Program-made: the position numbers and the translations under genes
Notes under the pieces: generated by a model
The model's input: only the letters and a program-made list of their open reading frames with translations
What the model was told of the DNA's origin: nothing
The model's database searches: none
Part shown: positions 1 to 13,927 of the stretch, piece after piece
Layout: the number at the start of each line of letters is the position of its first letter
Position numbering within the stretch: the stretch's first letter is position 1
DNA from: Octopus sinensis
Lineage: Eukaryota
Direction: 5' to 3'
DNA: 64,000 nt
Assembly: GCF_006345805.1 (NCBI RefSeq)
Contig: NC_042997.1
Location: 17,236,001-17,300,000, forward strand

Positions 1-1222
1 AGGAATTTTGGAAGATCTAAGTAGTTCTTCAACAGAAAGGCAGCTCAATGAGAATCAATCAGTGTTTCATAATTGAGCAATATTTGTCATAGGGTCATTA
101 AGTGTTATTTAGCATTAAATATTATTATTACACAGTAAATTGGCAGATTCATTAGAGTATCAGCTAATATATCTTGTAGTATTTGTTCTGGTTCTCTGCA
201 CTCCAATTCATCAGAGGTCAAGTATGCCTTTCAGCCTGTTGGGATATCCATCCAATACTGGAGTCAAATCTTCTTTCTCTCTCTCTTGTCTCTTTGGATT
301 GTACCTATCATTCAAAAGTCCAGCCTAGTCATATTGTGTCATGTTGATTTAACCCGAGAATTGCATTACTGATAGGTCTGTGAAAAACTCAGCCACTTAC
401 ATGTAGATTTCAGGAGTAGAAATATTGTTGATCCAACTGCTGAATGACCAATGTCCTCCAGAGAAATCTGCCAACTAATGTTATTTATGTTTTTAATCAT
501 GTGATTTCAGTTTTATCTCCACTGGCCACTAAGTATAACTAGTACCAATAAAATGCTGAATGCATAAAGTAAATAAAAAAGCAATTTCTTATTATTTAAT
601 ATTTTTTATCCTGTTTACAATGCTGATATATAGCCTTTAAAATCTTTTCTGTTCTTTGTAAATTTCTTTGTGTTAGCTTGTATCTTCTTCATGTATGATA
701 AATGCTTATACACATCTATAGGTGTTCATTGTTGTTTGATTATGATATTTCATTCAATCCAAATATCTGTCATTCAACCATTCATATATACATACATTCT
801 AGAAGTTTAACCTGTTGTGCACACATATACACATGTATAGGCATTCAAAAATATGCATATGTACACATATATCAGTCAAACATACAGATTCATACATGTA
901 CAGTAACATACATGTAAACACATGCATACATGTAGAGATACATACTTATATGAGACTTTAAGAAATGTGCTGTCTAAATTCTAATGAAAGAACCTTGTTT
1001 ATAGGTTGGAGACCAATTATTTGTTTATTAGTGAACATTTTTTAAATGAATAAATATATAATATATAGAACCTCAATAACTTATATGCATGCATGATTGC
1101 ATACATTCATATATACATATGTATTTACATTCAGGTTCTTTCTCTATGGATCAAGAATTAAAACATAAAGCTTGAAGAATATACATACATACATACATAC
1201 ATAAATGTATATATATACATAA

Positions 1223-1290
<68 letters not shown>

Positions 1291-1949
1291 TATATACAGA
1301 CATATGCATTCAATTATACAGGAAATCACTAATTTTGATGATTCTTCACTTATAATTTCCAGTGATTATACTGGAATAGCGAATACACTTCACTATTGAG
1401 TCAACTAACTAATTCTTTACCTGCTGTACTACTATGCAAGAGGGTAAAGAAATATGCAGTATCTTGCCAAAGGCACAATATTGGTGGGTATCAATGGTAA
1501 AAATAAACCTGTGACTCTTCAAATGAGTGGTCAATACTTTATCAACTTTGCCACAGCAACAACTCACAAGAATGAGTCATAGTGAAGAGGTACTGAAGAG
1601 TGACTGAAAGGGTTTGACACATTGATTGCAATTTATAGCTATAAATAAAAGTGTTAAAGAGGCTAAAGTACAAGAATAGGATTTTCAAATAATTTTCAGG
1701 TTTAGATTGGTATTTGTTCCCTGAGGAATTCATAACAAGACATAAGAGTATCTACGTAGATTGTCTCTAAGTTAAATCAATAAATCCTCTCTCTTTCTCT
1801 CCTTGCCTCGATTTAGAATACTGAAATAAAGTACATCTCTTCCAGGAAATACAGAAATGAATATATTTCCTCATTGTTATGTATCACTATTTATTTCCAA
1901 TTGCAAGCAGCAATCAGATATAGAATTCAGGAAAACACACACACACACA

Positions 1950-1985
<36 letters not shown>

Positions 1986-2624
1986 CATGTATGCAGAAAT
2001 AATACATTCCTGAATGGATTACCTACACACACACACACACACACACACATGTATATAAGAACAAATACATATTAATAGATTTAGTGAATCAAAATAACAG
2101 CAAAATTAATAAAGTGAATTAAATTGAATTATTGAATTAAGCTTATTAAAATTAGTTTCCACACTTAGCATCAAATATGTTGATCTTATCGATATTTGAA
2201 TTAAATAAAGTAATAATACATTTTGTCTGTTTAGCCGGGTTAAACAATATAGCTTTTGTGGTTGGTAGAATTAAAGTGATGAGCTTTCAATGTACAATGT
2301 TCAGGTTATCATTCCAGCCAGATGGCTTCCATATATTGACAAGCTAGATGGAGAGACTGTCTATTTAAGTGCATAGCTGATCTGCATAAAAAGTACTTGT
2401 TGTGCTGTGAGAGGTTGATCCTGGATTAACTTTTACTTACAGAAACAAGTTTCTATTCTTCTGACTGAGAGATGAAGAAATCCCTGAAAACACTCAAATT
2501 AAGTGAAATATCTAAATATCTAAATGGATGTCATAACATACACACACACAAACAGAGGCAGTGACAAACAGTCTTTCCCCTCACACTCATGTTCACATAA
2601 AAAGTCATGTGCTCTATCTAAATC

Positions 2625-2682
<58 letters not shown>

Positions 2683-3529
2683 TATACATTTATATATATG
2701 TATGTAAACATATATATTCATCTATACATATATATTCATATATGTATGTCCATATATTCCATATATATATACATACACACATATAAATATATATACAGAG
2801 AGAGAGAGAGAGAGAGAGAAATAAATAGGTAGATGCATATGTATATATATATATTTATATATGTATGCATGTATGTGTATATGTATGCATGTATGTGTAT
2901 ATGTATGCATGTATGTATGTATATATATGTATATGCACAGAAATAGAGACAGAGAAAAAGAGATTTCAATAGACAGCTTTAATAATAAGCATAGATACAA
3001 GTATTTGGATTAACATATAGGATTTGAGTAGTTCAGAAGTTAGTAACATGCATACAAAATGCATACAAATGCACTCATATCCAAAATCTTCCTCACGAAA
3101 TTTGGGCTTAAGAACAAAGATGCATCAAAGTTTATATATAAACTGGTAAATGTATTGTAAGCAGCATTAGTGATGATGATGATGATGGTAACGATGTGGT
3201 GATGATGGGAGGATGATGGTGATGAAGATGATGATGCCATTACCAAACATGGCTGATGATATAAACAATGAAAAGGTTTGTTCTTTTTGAACAACTAATA
3301 AAAAGCAATCAAAGAATTCTTGTAATCCAAAATTTATGTGTTGAATAACAGGAATTTCTCTTTTCTATATATTTCTTGTATATTATTTTGCTTCTAGATA
3401 TAGGAATTAGCAGAACTGATGCCATATTGGACAAATTGCTTTGAGGATGTCTTTGTTTTCCTTCGTTCTGGAGTTGATAAGTACCAATCAAATAAAATGG
3501 ATAGATCGCAGTTAGAATTTCTGACCATG

Positions 3530-3858
3530 AAATTTTGTTGTTCAATCAAATGAACAACTATCTCACCAAATTTCTGTGTAAGTGGCTGAGTATTCCTGAG
3601 ACACATATATACTTAACTTAATCCTCAAGTAGAATCTGTGTGAAGTCATGTTTGAGATGGCTGGACCTTTGAATTACAGGTTCAACCAATCTGACAGGCT
3701 TCCACATACTTCTGTTAACTTAAATTTTTCTCATAATGCTTAGGTCTACTTGGCACTACAGTAAAAGACAGTTGCCTAATATTCCATGCAGTGGGATTGA
3801 ACCCAGGACCTCATGAATAAGAAATGAACTTCTTAAACATTTCATCATACTTTGCCTG
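3530..3858 (-). mobile_element. Degenerate SINE (family S2 head, alternative tail)
   Basis: Reverse complement of the S2 head seen at 43253. The tail motif (gtaagtggctgag...ctttgaatt) recurs at ~295-450 (opposite orientation) and 40085-40170. Confidence 0.55.
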
Positions 3859-4199
3859 TAATATTAATTACTAAATAAATACTGGAGTCAATATATTCGA
3901 CTGTTTCCTCTACTGAAAAGTATACGACCTTATGCTGCTGTTAAAAATAGTTTTATCTTAAGAAAAATCAGCTCTTGAATGTAGTTAGGTAAAGAAGTTT
4001 TTTGCTTCATTCCAAGTTCATTACCATATATAATTATATTTTCAGAAGGATATCAATTAAATATTAATTTTAAAAAATAATCAAAATATCGATATTGCAC
4101 AGCTACTTTTTAATTGATTGAGGTAGATAAGATCAGAAATACAAATTTGAAAATAATAAACTGGTATATATATATTCAGTTCTTCTTCTTTCCTATTAT

Positions 4200-4200
<1 letters not shown>

Positions 4201-4238
<38 letters not shown>

Positions 4239-4243
4239 AATAC

Positions 4244-4285
<42 letters not shown>
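4201..4285. repeat. (TAA)n microsatellite
   Basis: Directly visible. It explains the poly-Ile ORF 4114..4338. Confidence 0.95.
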
Positions 4286-4287
<2 letters not shown>

Positions 4288-4841
4288 GCCCTGATGAAGT
4301 ACCAGGCAGTGGCTCTCATGGCTTCTGATCTTAACTGATTGGAAGTGTTATCATGTACATTGTTTTGTCTTGGTATAAAAGATGGGCTACAGCAAATATT
4401 CTGCTCAATACCACAGATTTGCTTGTCAGTTTTTTGACCTTAACCAGTTGAGCATGTCCCTTAGTGGCTGACGATATGTGCATCTCTGATCACGAGCAGA
4501 AGTAGTGGGGGAGCATCATAGCCATGTGTTGAGAGGGATTCTTTGGGGTTTGAATAGTTCACCTCTGGAAACATGGGTGGTTCTTTCAACATCCTTAAAC
4601 AACCCTTATTCAGGGACCGTTTGAGCGGGATGGGCTACTCAACCTGAAGAAAATTCTAACTGAGCCCCACCTGCAAGGTCATGTGCTGTTTATCTTGATA
4701 TGAGATCACCATGTCGCGCACATATGGTTGTGATGCATGTGCCTGGTGTACCTTTATCAGACGGGTAGTCATGATGGGTATATTGGGCTTCGTATATTTT
4801 ACCCCAGTGTCACTTTGATGGCATGAACTGCTCTCTCACTC
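4286..4841 (+). mobile_element. Non-coding interspersed element flanked by (TAA)n (non-autonomous retroposon or LINE 3' UTR)
   Basis: A highly similar inverted copy lies at 43019-43252 plus 44013-44247. Both end ...ctctctcactc followed by (AAT)n. Confidence 0.85.
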
Positions 4842-4855
4842 AATAATAATAATAA

Positions 4856-5060
4856 GGTGGCGAGCTAGTACAATCATTAGCATGCTGGGCAAAATGTTTA
4901 GCTGTATTTCATCTGCCACTACAAGCTGAGTTCAAATTCCACTGAGGTCAACTTTGCCTTTCATGGTCAATTTAATAAGTACCAGTTATGCGCTGGGGTC
5001 GAGGTAATTGACTTAATCCCTTCCCCCAAATTTGAGGCCTTGTGCTTCCAGCAGAAAGAA
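4856..5060 (+). mobile_element. SINE family S1 (tRNA-like head, (ATT)n tail)
   Basis: B-box-like GAGTTCAAATTCC and core ctttgcctttcat...aataagtaccagt, repeated many times in the window. Confidence 0.85.
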
Positions 5061-6974
5061 TTATTATTGTTATTATTATTACTATTATTATTATTATTAT
5101 TATTATTACTATTATTATTATTATTATTATTATTATTATCTTTCTTTTTCATGCCTGTCATTTCTACTGATATGAATCATAAATTTGGAATTGGTATGAG
5201 AGAATGGTAAGGAGTTATACAAACCCAGAATGTTTCTAGTACTTAAGTCTTTAACTTAACCTCATGGCCTGTTATTCCAACAATAGGAATTATGTGACAT
5301 GTACAGATTTTATAGATTATCAACAAGGATTATAGAAATGAGTCACTCTTTTAGGCTTCTCCCCCCAAAAAACCTCATGAAATAGTAACAAATCAAGCAA
5401 AACAAATGATAAAACCAACAGTTTTTCTTGTTTTTGTTTTTACTTCATTTTACATAGTTTAATTCATAGCATTTTATTCAATTTAAATACCTTATCTAAA
5501 ATTCTATCAAAATTTACCCTTTTCAAATCTAAAGAAATTCACTCATTTAAATCTTAACATCTTACCAAAATTTATTCATTTACTTCAAATTCATTTTTCT
5601 CCAAAATTTTATATTACATTCTTTGAAATTTTCACCTAAACCTTTCCCTCATTTACATTGCTGTATTTCATTTCATCTAACATACACACTCAATAAATCA
5701 GACCCACTTCATAACTAGCATTTGAAATATTCTGAGATCCTAATGGTTCATATCTCTTGAATTCTTTACCTAAAGCCTTCATACACCTTAAGATCTGGAA
5801 GATCTTATAAAGAAAATGTAGAATAAAAAAATTAAATTATTCTAAACTAATTGAATAATTTCAACATACTTTTATTTATTTTTTGTTTCAGATATTTTTG
5901 TTTTTATTTCTATTTATGGAGATTATTAAATAAATCAACAAATAAATAAATAAAATTTATAAAACAGAATTAGAGTTTCATAGGCTTCCGAAAAATCTTT
6001 CCTACTTTTCGTTATATTTGCAGGAATAATTTGATTTCATACAGAGAAACAGTCAACTTAGGTATTACATATTTAATTTGTAATGTAAAATACCTCTAGC
6101 TAGAATTAGTTGTCAGAGTTGAAGATGCATTTTTCCCTATAAAATACAGATGGCTCAACTTGAGAGATTACCTTCAAGCATCCAACATTATTATTTTATC
6201 TTCCAGTTTTTCATAGAAAGCTTGTCTTATGAAATACCATATACAGAGTGGGTTTCACATTATTAAAATATGCTTTTTTTCCAGAATAGGATATTAAATT
6301 CCTGTCTGGGTAAATGAAACTTATTATCTATTATTACATTTTTTTTATAGGATATACAGAAAAATATTATCTAAATAGAAAACTGATAAATACAGAAATA
6401 TTTTAGTGAATCATTCACTATCTTTACTGTTTATGTTTATTGGTTACTGTTAATTTTTTTGAGTAAACATTGTTTCAAACTGAATTCTTTCCAAGATATA
6501 TGAAATAATACAGGAAATAATTCTTTGAATAATAAAGACTCTTAATAGACTTGAGAAGTATAGTTGGAAGCAGCATTTTAGTGGAATTCAACATAGTACA
6601 ATTAAAAACAGAACAAAACAAACAAATGAGCAAAAAACGTAACAAAACTGGTGAATGTGATGAGAGGAAGAATTAACCTATTATTCCAGAAGTGGATTTG
6701 AAAAGAATATTACATATTTGTATTTCTGAATAGTTAAAAGACAAAAACAAAAATAAATAAATAAATAAAAATAATATAAGCTAAACACAAGTAAAGTTAG
6801 TTTTGAACATGATTAGTTGCTGAAACCTATCATCTATTTTAACTAAATGAAACAATGTTTATCAAAGAAGTTGCTTAAAATCTGAAGATTCAGTTTAGAA
6901 TAGGGTAAAGTGAATTTTCTATGGCATATTTTTCTTGAAATTCTGGAAATCTTATGACAAGACTCTTTTCAGTG

Positions 6975-7760
6975 CAATTTGGAAGAAGGTATCTGATGTG
7001 TGGTATGAATTAAAATTATAATTCTGAAAATCTATCTGACCTTCATTTATATACAATTACAATTATAATTGTTTCAGAAATAGAGTTTAGTTAAATTTTT
7101 GTCATTCTCTCAATAGATAATGACATACTGGTCTGTCTCAAGGATTTGTCTCGTACTTTTGCTTTGGCACATTAATGATCTATTTGATACTGCTTGTAAC
7201 AATACAAATTCCTATGCAGATGATACCACCTTTCATTGCTCCTTTACATTTCATATTCAAATGTTATGTACAGTGCATTACTTTCATGACCAGAAACCTT
7301 GCAAGCATCCTTAAACAATGACATGACAACTTGGTCATTTTTGAAAATACAAAAGTACAATTGCCAAACATATCAAGGAAAGTGTTGCACTACACTTCAC
7401 ATGCATACAGACAAAAGAATTAAATTCCCAAAAGTCAAAATAAAATTTTGGGTCACATAATGTTCTAAGATCTTTTATGGTGACCACCACCACGAACACT
7501 ACTGGGCTTCTTAAGAAAATATGATTTTTACATTAGAACACTTTTCCCATGCTAGGCAAGACGCTGCTGCTGCTACTAACTGAGCAAACCTCTTAGACTG
7601 ATCAGTACTCACTGACCAACACACTATCAATACCACATCCCCTAAATACTGTTTCTTTTCTCTATCCTACTGCAATGACCTCTGCTCCAATAAACTAGTA
7701 AACTCTATTCAGCCTCTCTCCCAAACAATCTGATGCACTCAACTCTGTTTTGTAGATGTC
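6975..7760 (+). mobile_element. Decayed CR1/L2/Jockey-group LINE reverse transcriptase fragment
   Basis: 7128-7240 gives GLSQG...LLWHINDLFDTACNNTNSYADDTTFH (RT motifs including YADD), with frameshifts. Outer boundaries are approximate. Confidence 0.65.
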
Positions 7761-10296
7761 ACTCTATAATGTATCAGTCAAGTTAATGAGAAATGTTTAA
7801 CTGAACTTGTTAAAAAGCCAGATAGATTTTTCTCATATGGTGCCCAACCAACCTAGACCATATTAAATAATGTGGCTTAAGTTACACAATACCTGGAAAA
7901 AATGGCACAGGTATGGATAGAATGCCTTTCATCACAGAGCTGCTCAATCAAAGCTTACATGTGGTAATGCTGCAACATATTATGCCACTCCAGATGTTTA
8001 TCCATTTGTGCTACCTTCAAACTGAAACTCTCTAGATCTGAGTTTCTGTTCATGTTTTGACAAAAGTTTGATGTGAATATCACCCACAACTTTCACCAAT
8101 ACTGGAGTGCTAACAAAACTTGTGATACTGCCTTTCTTTGTCTGACAGAAAAAAAAATCAAACATGGATATAATACACAGACAGCACAACAAAAGAAAAT
8201 AGCATGCACCATTTAAGAGGGATCTAATATAGATCTGAAGAAGTGTGGATGGAATGATAAAATATTCAAAAATTATTTAATAAAATATCCAAAAAACAAA
8301 TATGAAAAAAGGATTGAGATGAAATATAGATGTAAGTTGAGTAAAATGAAATGGAAAATATTATTAATGTTTACATTTGAAATGTATTACTTTACATAAA
8401 GAGAAATATATGTTCCGTGCCAGAAGAGGTTTGCATTTTTGCATAATATAGGTCACCATATTATAGAACTGGATCACTGAAAACAGACAGTCTATTTTGA
8501 AGTAAGATTCAACCATAGTTACTTTGTTAATGTGGTACAAAGACATTACCAATGAAAAATATAAAAAATTTAATGTAAAAAAAAAGCTACATCCTTAGAT
8601 AAAAGGTTCCAATGATTTAAAAAATATATTAAGAAAAGTAAAAAAATTCCGTTCACAATTCACCATTTTAACATGAAATTGAGCTTCTCCCTTTATTAGT
8701 TTTGATGGGTAGAGATTTTTCTTCACATGCATACTCACACTTATAATACACATATTCACACAAACATCTGCATACTAATACACACACATGCATATATGTC
8801 TGTGTGTATGTACGTATGTATACACAGACACGCACACTTGTGTGTGTATGTGTATATGTTTATGTTTGTATAGATGCTATGTATTTAATTTCATTGTAGG
8901 TTATACTAAAAACCATCTTGCATTCCAGCCACATAGATACAGTGTATCATTGAATCATTATTCCCCACCTCTTTTTTCTTCTTCCGTGAATAGATCCTGA
9001 TGGAATGTAAGCAAGTCAACTGTTCAAAGGAACAATTTAGTCAGCAACCAACTGAAATATGGTGGATAAAACTGTTGCTCATAGCAGTTTAATAGTCTGA
9101 CAAAGTAAACCATTGATTTCCAATTTTACAGCTTGCTCATATTCTTCCATTACTGCTACTTCAAATGAAAGTATATATATTTAATAGCTCCTGTTGCTCT
9201 TTTAAGCTTACACGAGTGGCATTGCTATTAGCAACTTCAGGGATGAAGGCTTTACTCAACATTGTTTTATAGAACTTTATTTCTTCATCTTTATTTATTT
9301 ATTTAGCTTTCTAAGTAAATTTAGAACTAATTGCGATAAAAGTGATTCTGGTATGCTGCACAGCAGAAATACTCCATCAGAAATTCTAAAATATATGCAA
9401 GATATTTAAAAATTTTTTTTTAAATGGAAAAGAGAAACTATTATGACTTTATTATTAATGTAAGAAATTATTATTATTGTTATTATTATTATTGCACTCT
9501 AAAAGTTTATGTGCTTTCTCACTTGCTACACCAGATTATGTACCTGAATTTCAGCAATGAAATGTATCCAGTTGGGAAATTTTTATCAATATTTGTCTAC
9601 TTATGGAAAAGCTGTTCTGTGTTTGTGAGTGTGAGTATGAGAGAGGGGGGGGGAGAAAGAGAGAAAGAAAAATGAGAGAGAGGAGAGAAAAAGAGAAAAG
9701 TTATTTTTTATATTTTATGCTTTCTCAAAATTCTTTTTGCCATCACCAATTTAGTCATATAACTACAATCATAAAAGTCATTCTGAGACCAACTATGCTT
9801 CGTCTTCACCTAGAGTAAACAAAATAGTACCATTAATATATAAAGCTCAATTCATTTGACTTTTCTACTTTTCTGTGAAATTGACCTTAGATATTCTATT
9901 AGACTGTCTAGAAAACTTTTTTAAATGGAAAAGAACACAAAAACTCTGCATATTTACAAGCCAAATGAGAAAGCAAGACAAGCAAAAAGGCAATGTTCTG
10001 AGCTTAAGCTGACTTCCAGAACATTTCTGTTCAAAAAGAAATATAAGAAATAACACTGAATCAAGATACAGTAAGTAACTGAAAATAGCATAAAAATATA
10101 AAGTTAAATAGAATTTAAAAGTGGAAAAAAACAAAAATAGGAAAATAAAATGTGTGGGTGTATTTATGTATGTATGTATGTATACTGTGTGTATTATACA
10201 TACACACACAAAAAACGTTTTACATATATAAATTAAAATTTGTATATATATATATGTACACATATTTTATATATGAATTTTTCTATAAGCTTTATA

Positions 10297-10338
<42 letters not shown>

Positions 10339-10378
10339 CATTTAAAATCTTTCACTTTCTCTCTCTCATATATACACA

Positions 10379-10775
10379 CACAGGTATGGCTTTGTGGTTG
10401 AGAATTTTATATTACACTCATACGAGTATTGTTCCACTACATAACACCTGTGGGAAATGTCTTCTGTTATAGTACTGGGTTGACCAAAGCCTTTGAGTGG
10501 ATTTTATAGAAGGAAAGAGAGAGAATCCTGTTGTATATATGGATGGGTGTGTGTGTTTATATGTATGTATGCATGTGTGTCTCTTTGTGTTTATATACAC
10601 GTGCTCTTTGTCAACAAATTATCAACTGCCTTTAAACCTTTGGAGAGGTGTGGCATTAGAGATCTATTTCATCACAAAACAGGTGAGGGTTAGTGGCAGG
10701 AAGAACATCTGACTTTAAATGCATGCCCCAATCATAAACTCATTAAATTCATGTTAGCATGGAAAAATGGCTGTA
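10379..10775 (+). mobile_element. SINE family S2 with RTE-like 3' tail
   Basis: S2 head/core (gaccaaagcctttgagtggattt), an internal TA/TG tract, then ggcaggaagaacatc...catgttagcatggaaaa resembling the RTE tail at 19405-19528. Confidence 0.7.
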
Positions 10776-10809
10776 TGTACATACATACATAAATTACATA
10801 CATACAAAA

Positions 10810-11440
10810 TTTTATCCTATTTATTGTGTGTTAAAAACTTCATCATTGTACTGGTCAAGATACTGGTAGTGAGTCAAGATACTGGTAGTGAGTCAAGATA
10901 CTGGTAGTGAGAATCTCTTATATATTGAAAGGTATGCCTTCACTCTCCAGGAACAGGAGATACCTCCTAACCTGATAAACAAAAGCGACAAAGATACCAC
11001 CAAACCTCCACGTTGAGATAGAAAATATTGGCGCTGCTATACCAGCATCAGAACTTCCCCAAAATATCTATGAGATGCCTGCCCCTCAAGTATGATATAG
11101 TTGCAAAGATTATTTACAATGCTATTCACAGGAAGGATTGCCCTGACATATACATCAAAGGCATGTCAGAACCAATATGTAATTCACACCAGTAAAAACA
11201 GTAATTTGGTGCAAACATAAGAGATCTGATATTGTTCTGTGGAACAAGGAACAAATGTCATGTACTGTTGTAGAGGTCAACTGTACCATCAAAAGTCCAG
11301 GGAAAAGAACATTTACAGTGAGTTAATGCAGAGCTTATAAGTCTTGTACCCTGACTATAAATTCTCCCTTGTACCTATCATCATATGAACATTACGCTAT
11401 GTGCCTACATATTTACACAAAATCCCTAGAAATAAAAGGT
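10810..11440 (+). mobile_element. Decayed R4/Dong-like RLE LINE 3' fragment (TACA-associated group)
   Basis: Decayed frames ERYAFTLQEQE, DIVAKIIYNAIHRKDCP, CKHKRSDIVLWNKEQMSCTVVEVNC and LYPDYKFSLVPII are homologous to 12254-13036. Starts after tacatacatac. Confidence 0.75.
10854..10910. repeat. 19-bp tandem repeat x3 (gtcaagatactggtagtga)
   Basis: Three exact copies inside the LINE relic. Confidence 0.95.
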
Positions 11441-11692
11441 TTTGTTTTTTGAAAAAAGAGCAAATGAATGTAAAATGAAGGAATGAATGAAAGCATTTAT
11501 TACATTGACCCTGGAAAGATAAACTGAAAAGTTAAGACTTTGTAGGATGTGATCTCAGAAGAAAATACAAGCAAATACTTTAAGGCATTTTTCTACTACT
11601 GTAATAACAGTGGATAAAAATATATCATCAGGTTTCTTCTTTCAAGGTAGGTATTATTAAACATGCATTCTATAAGAAAGGAACCAACACAA

Positions 11693-11701
11693 GTATGTAT
11701 G

Positions 11702-11735
<34 letters not shown>

Positions 11736-11810
11736 TGTATGTATGTATGTATGTATGTATGTATGTATGTATGTATGCATGTATTTATGTATGTGTGTAT
11801 GTATGTATGT
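11693..11810. repeat. (TATG)n microsatellite
   Basis: Directly visible. Confidence 0.95.
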
Positions 11811-11960
11811 CTATCTCTTCTATTTTTTAATTATTATAAATCTTCCACTGAGGAGGGAGTAGGTTTCCATCAAAGATTCAAGTCTCCATCTTTGGGATGT
11901 AATTAGCACAGACAAATTCACATTTGGAACTTGAGAAAAGTCTTGCATATTTTTACTGTT

Positions 11961-11962
<2 letters not shown>
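11811..11962 (-). mobile_element. Very short 5'-truncated RLE LINE end
   Basis: Minus strand encodes GTVKICKTFLKFQM*, matching GTVKICKTFQKFII* near 12230-12275. A similar 3' UTR runs into (TACA)n. Confidence 0.75.
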
Positions 11963-12000
<38 letters not shown>

Positions 12001-12027
12001 TGAGGTTTATATAGATGTATGTATGTA

Positions 12028-13423
12028 ATTGTTCAGTTTCATTGCAAGATTTCTTGCAAGTAGAAAAAGAGTCAGTTTCTAACATAGATCCAAGGTTCCG
12101 TCACTGGAATTTCAACATCAACAACAGCGTATTTTTGTATGTATGCATGTGTGCAAATTTATATGTTTTGCTTTATGTATGCAATCTCATGCATATAGTT
12201 GCATATCTAGACATACTCATATATATATTTAAATGATAAACTTCTGGAAAGTTTTACAGATTTTTACAGTTCCAGTGATGTACTGGATCTGTAGACTTCG
12301 AATTAGCTTTCTCCTTTCTGGTTTCTAATTTCTTTAGATTGGTAGTTAGGCAGTGTGTTACATATCCCATGGCCCCAATAATTACAGGTATAAATCTGAA
12401 CTTGTGATCTGGAGATAGTAACTGCAGATTTCCCAATAGTTCAGCGTAGGTATTCTCTTTTTCACTAATCTTCAGCTTTATGTTAACATTCACTGGGCAG
12501 CTAATTTCTGCAACTGTACACAGTTTCTCTTCTTTCTCTCAAATCATCATATCAAGTCTGTTGTGCTTACATTTTATTGGGGTCTTCACTGGGACACTCC
12601 ACCAGTACTCCTTTTTATTATGAGTGGCTATAGCTTCTACCATACTGTGGGTTCTTATTTCTTTATCCTCGGGATTATCCTGATGGATTTCCTTATAGAG
12701 TGTTCTAGCTACAACATCATGTCTAATTGGTAGATAATACCGTTATGACATTTTTGGACGACTGCTTTTGATGTGGGTGATATCTTCAGTGTTAACTCCA
12801 CAAAGTTTGCATCAATTGTCACATTTTACTGCATTTCCTGCACCTCTATCCCTTTTGGGCATCGAGTATTTGGTTGATATTTCTTGTTCCTGGATTGCAA
12901 ATGCATACACTTCAAAGTGGGAGGGAATAATTCGGCTATTGGTCCATGATAGACTGCTTTGATGATCAATATTAATATCATCTCCACGCTTTCTACTAGC
13001 ATATCCATGCATAGTCTTCTGCTCATATAGGCTCATCCTTTCATCTGATGATAGGTTGCAGTAGAGTCATGTGACTTCTTTGGGCATGTATTCTAGGTTA
13101 TCAGGCAAGGAATGTTGTTCAAGGAGCTGCCTTCCAAGTTTTATGATGTTATCAGCCTCATGTATGCAAACTTGGTCAGGGGATGCAATTCAGTGCTTGG
13201 TGGTTAAAAGATGTTGCCACAAGGATATATGACATTCAAAGGCATTTTGGATTGGTGTTAAGCCTATACTGCCTTGTTTTCCTTTTAGGTAGAGGTAGTC
13301 TACATCACTGTTTATGTGGAAATTATGTGTGATTGTTAGTATTTTTCGAGTTTTCACATCAATGGCTTGGATCTCATCAAACGTCCAATTAAGCAGCCCA
13401 AATGTTGGTATGGGTGCTGGCAT
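12028..13423 (-). mobile_element. 5'-truncated R4/Dong-like non-LTR retrotransposon (post-RT region, zinc knuckle, RLE domain, 3' UTR)
   Basis: PTFGLLNWTFDEIQAIDVKTRKILT...HINSDVDYLYL, AIQEQEISTKY, CKLCG..EDITH, RHDVVAR, and HNRLD..VAEISCP..EKENTY (PD-(D/E)xK region). Stops and frameshifts present. TACA repeats at both ends. Confidence 0.9.
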
Positions 13424-13856
13424 TATAAGTATGTATGTATGTATGTATGTATGTATGTATGTATGTGTATCAAATGTTATACTTTGAAGTGATGTGACTA
13501 AATGAAATAAATATATGAAAGGAGCAGTCAGAAATTATATTTCAAATTCATAGTTTAGAGATCATCATTATAGGGTTCAATAAAGTACAATTGAATAACA
13601 TTGATTATAGTGAACATAAAAGATGTTAAAGTGAAGATATTGGCTATATTAGGTAAGAAAAGGAGAAAAAGTTATTACAGCTTGTTCAAGTTACTTCTGC
13701 AATAGTAACATATATTTAAATATAAAGATGAATGTTTTATTGAATTTTATGTTATAATCTATAAAAATTACATTTTTATAGTGTCAAGTAAGTTTCATCT
13801 CAGATTTTTAAATTGAGATAATTTCTTTACAGTAGTCACTTGTAAGGAAGAGAGAG

Positions 13857-13887
<31 letters not shown>

Positions 13888-13892
13888 AAGAT

Positions 13893-13927
<35 letters not shown>

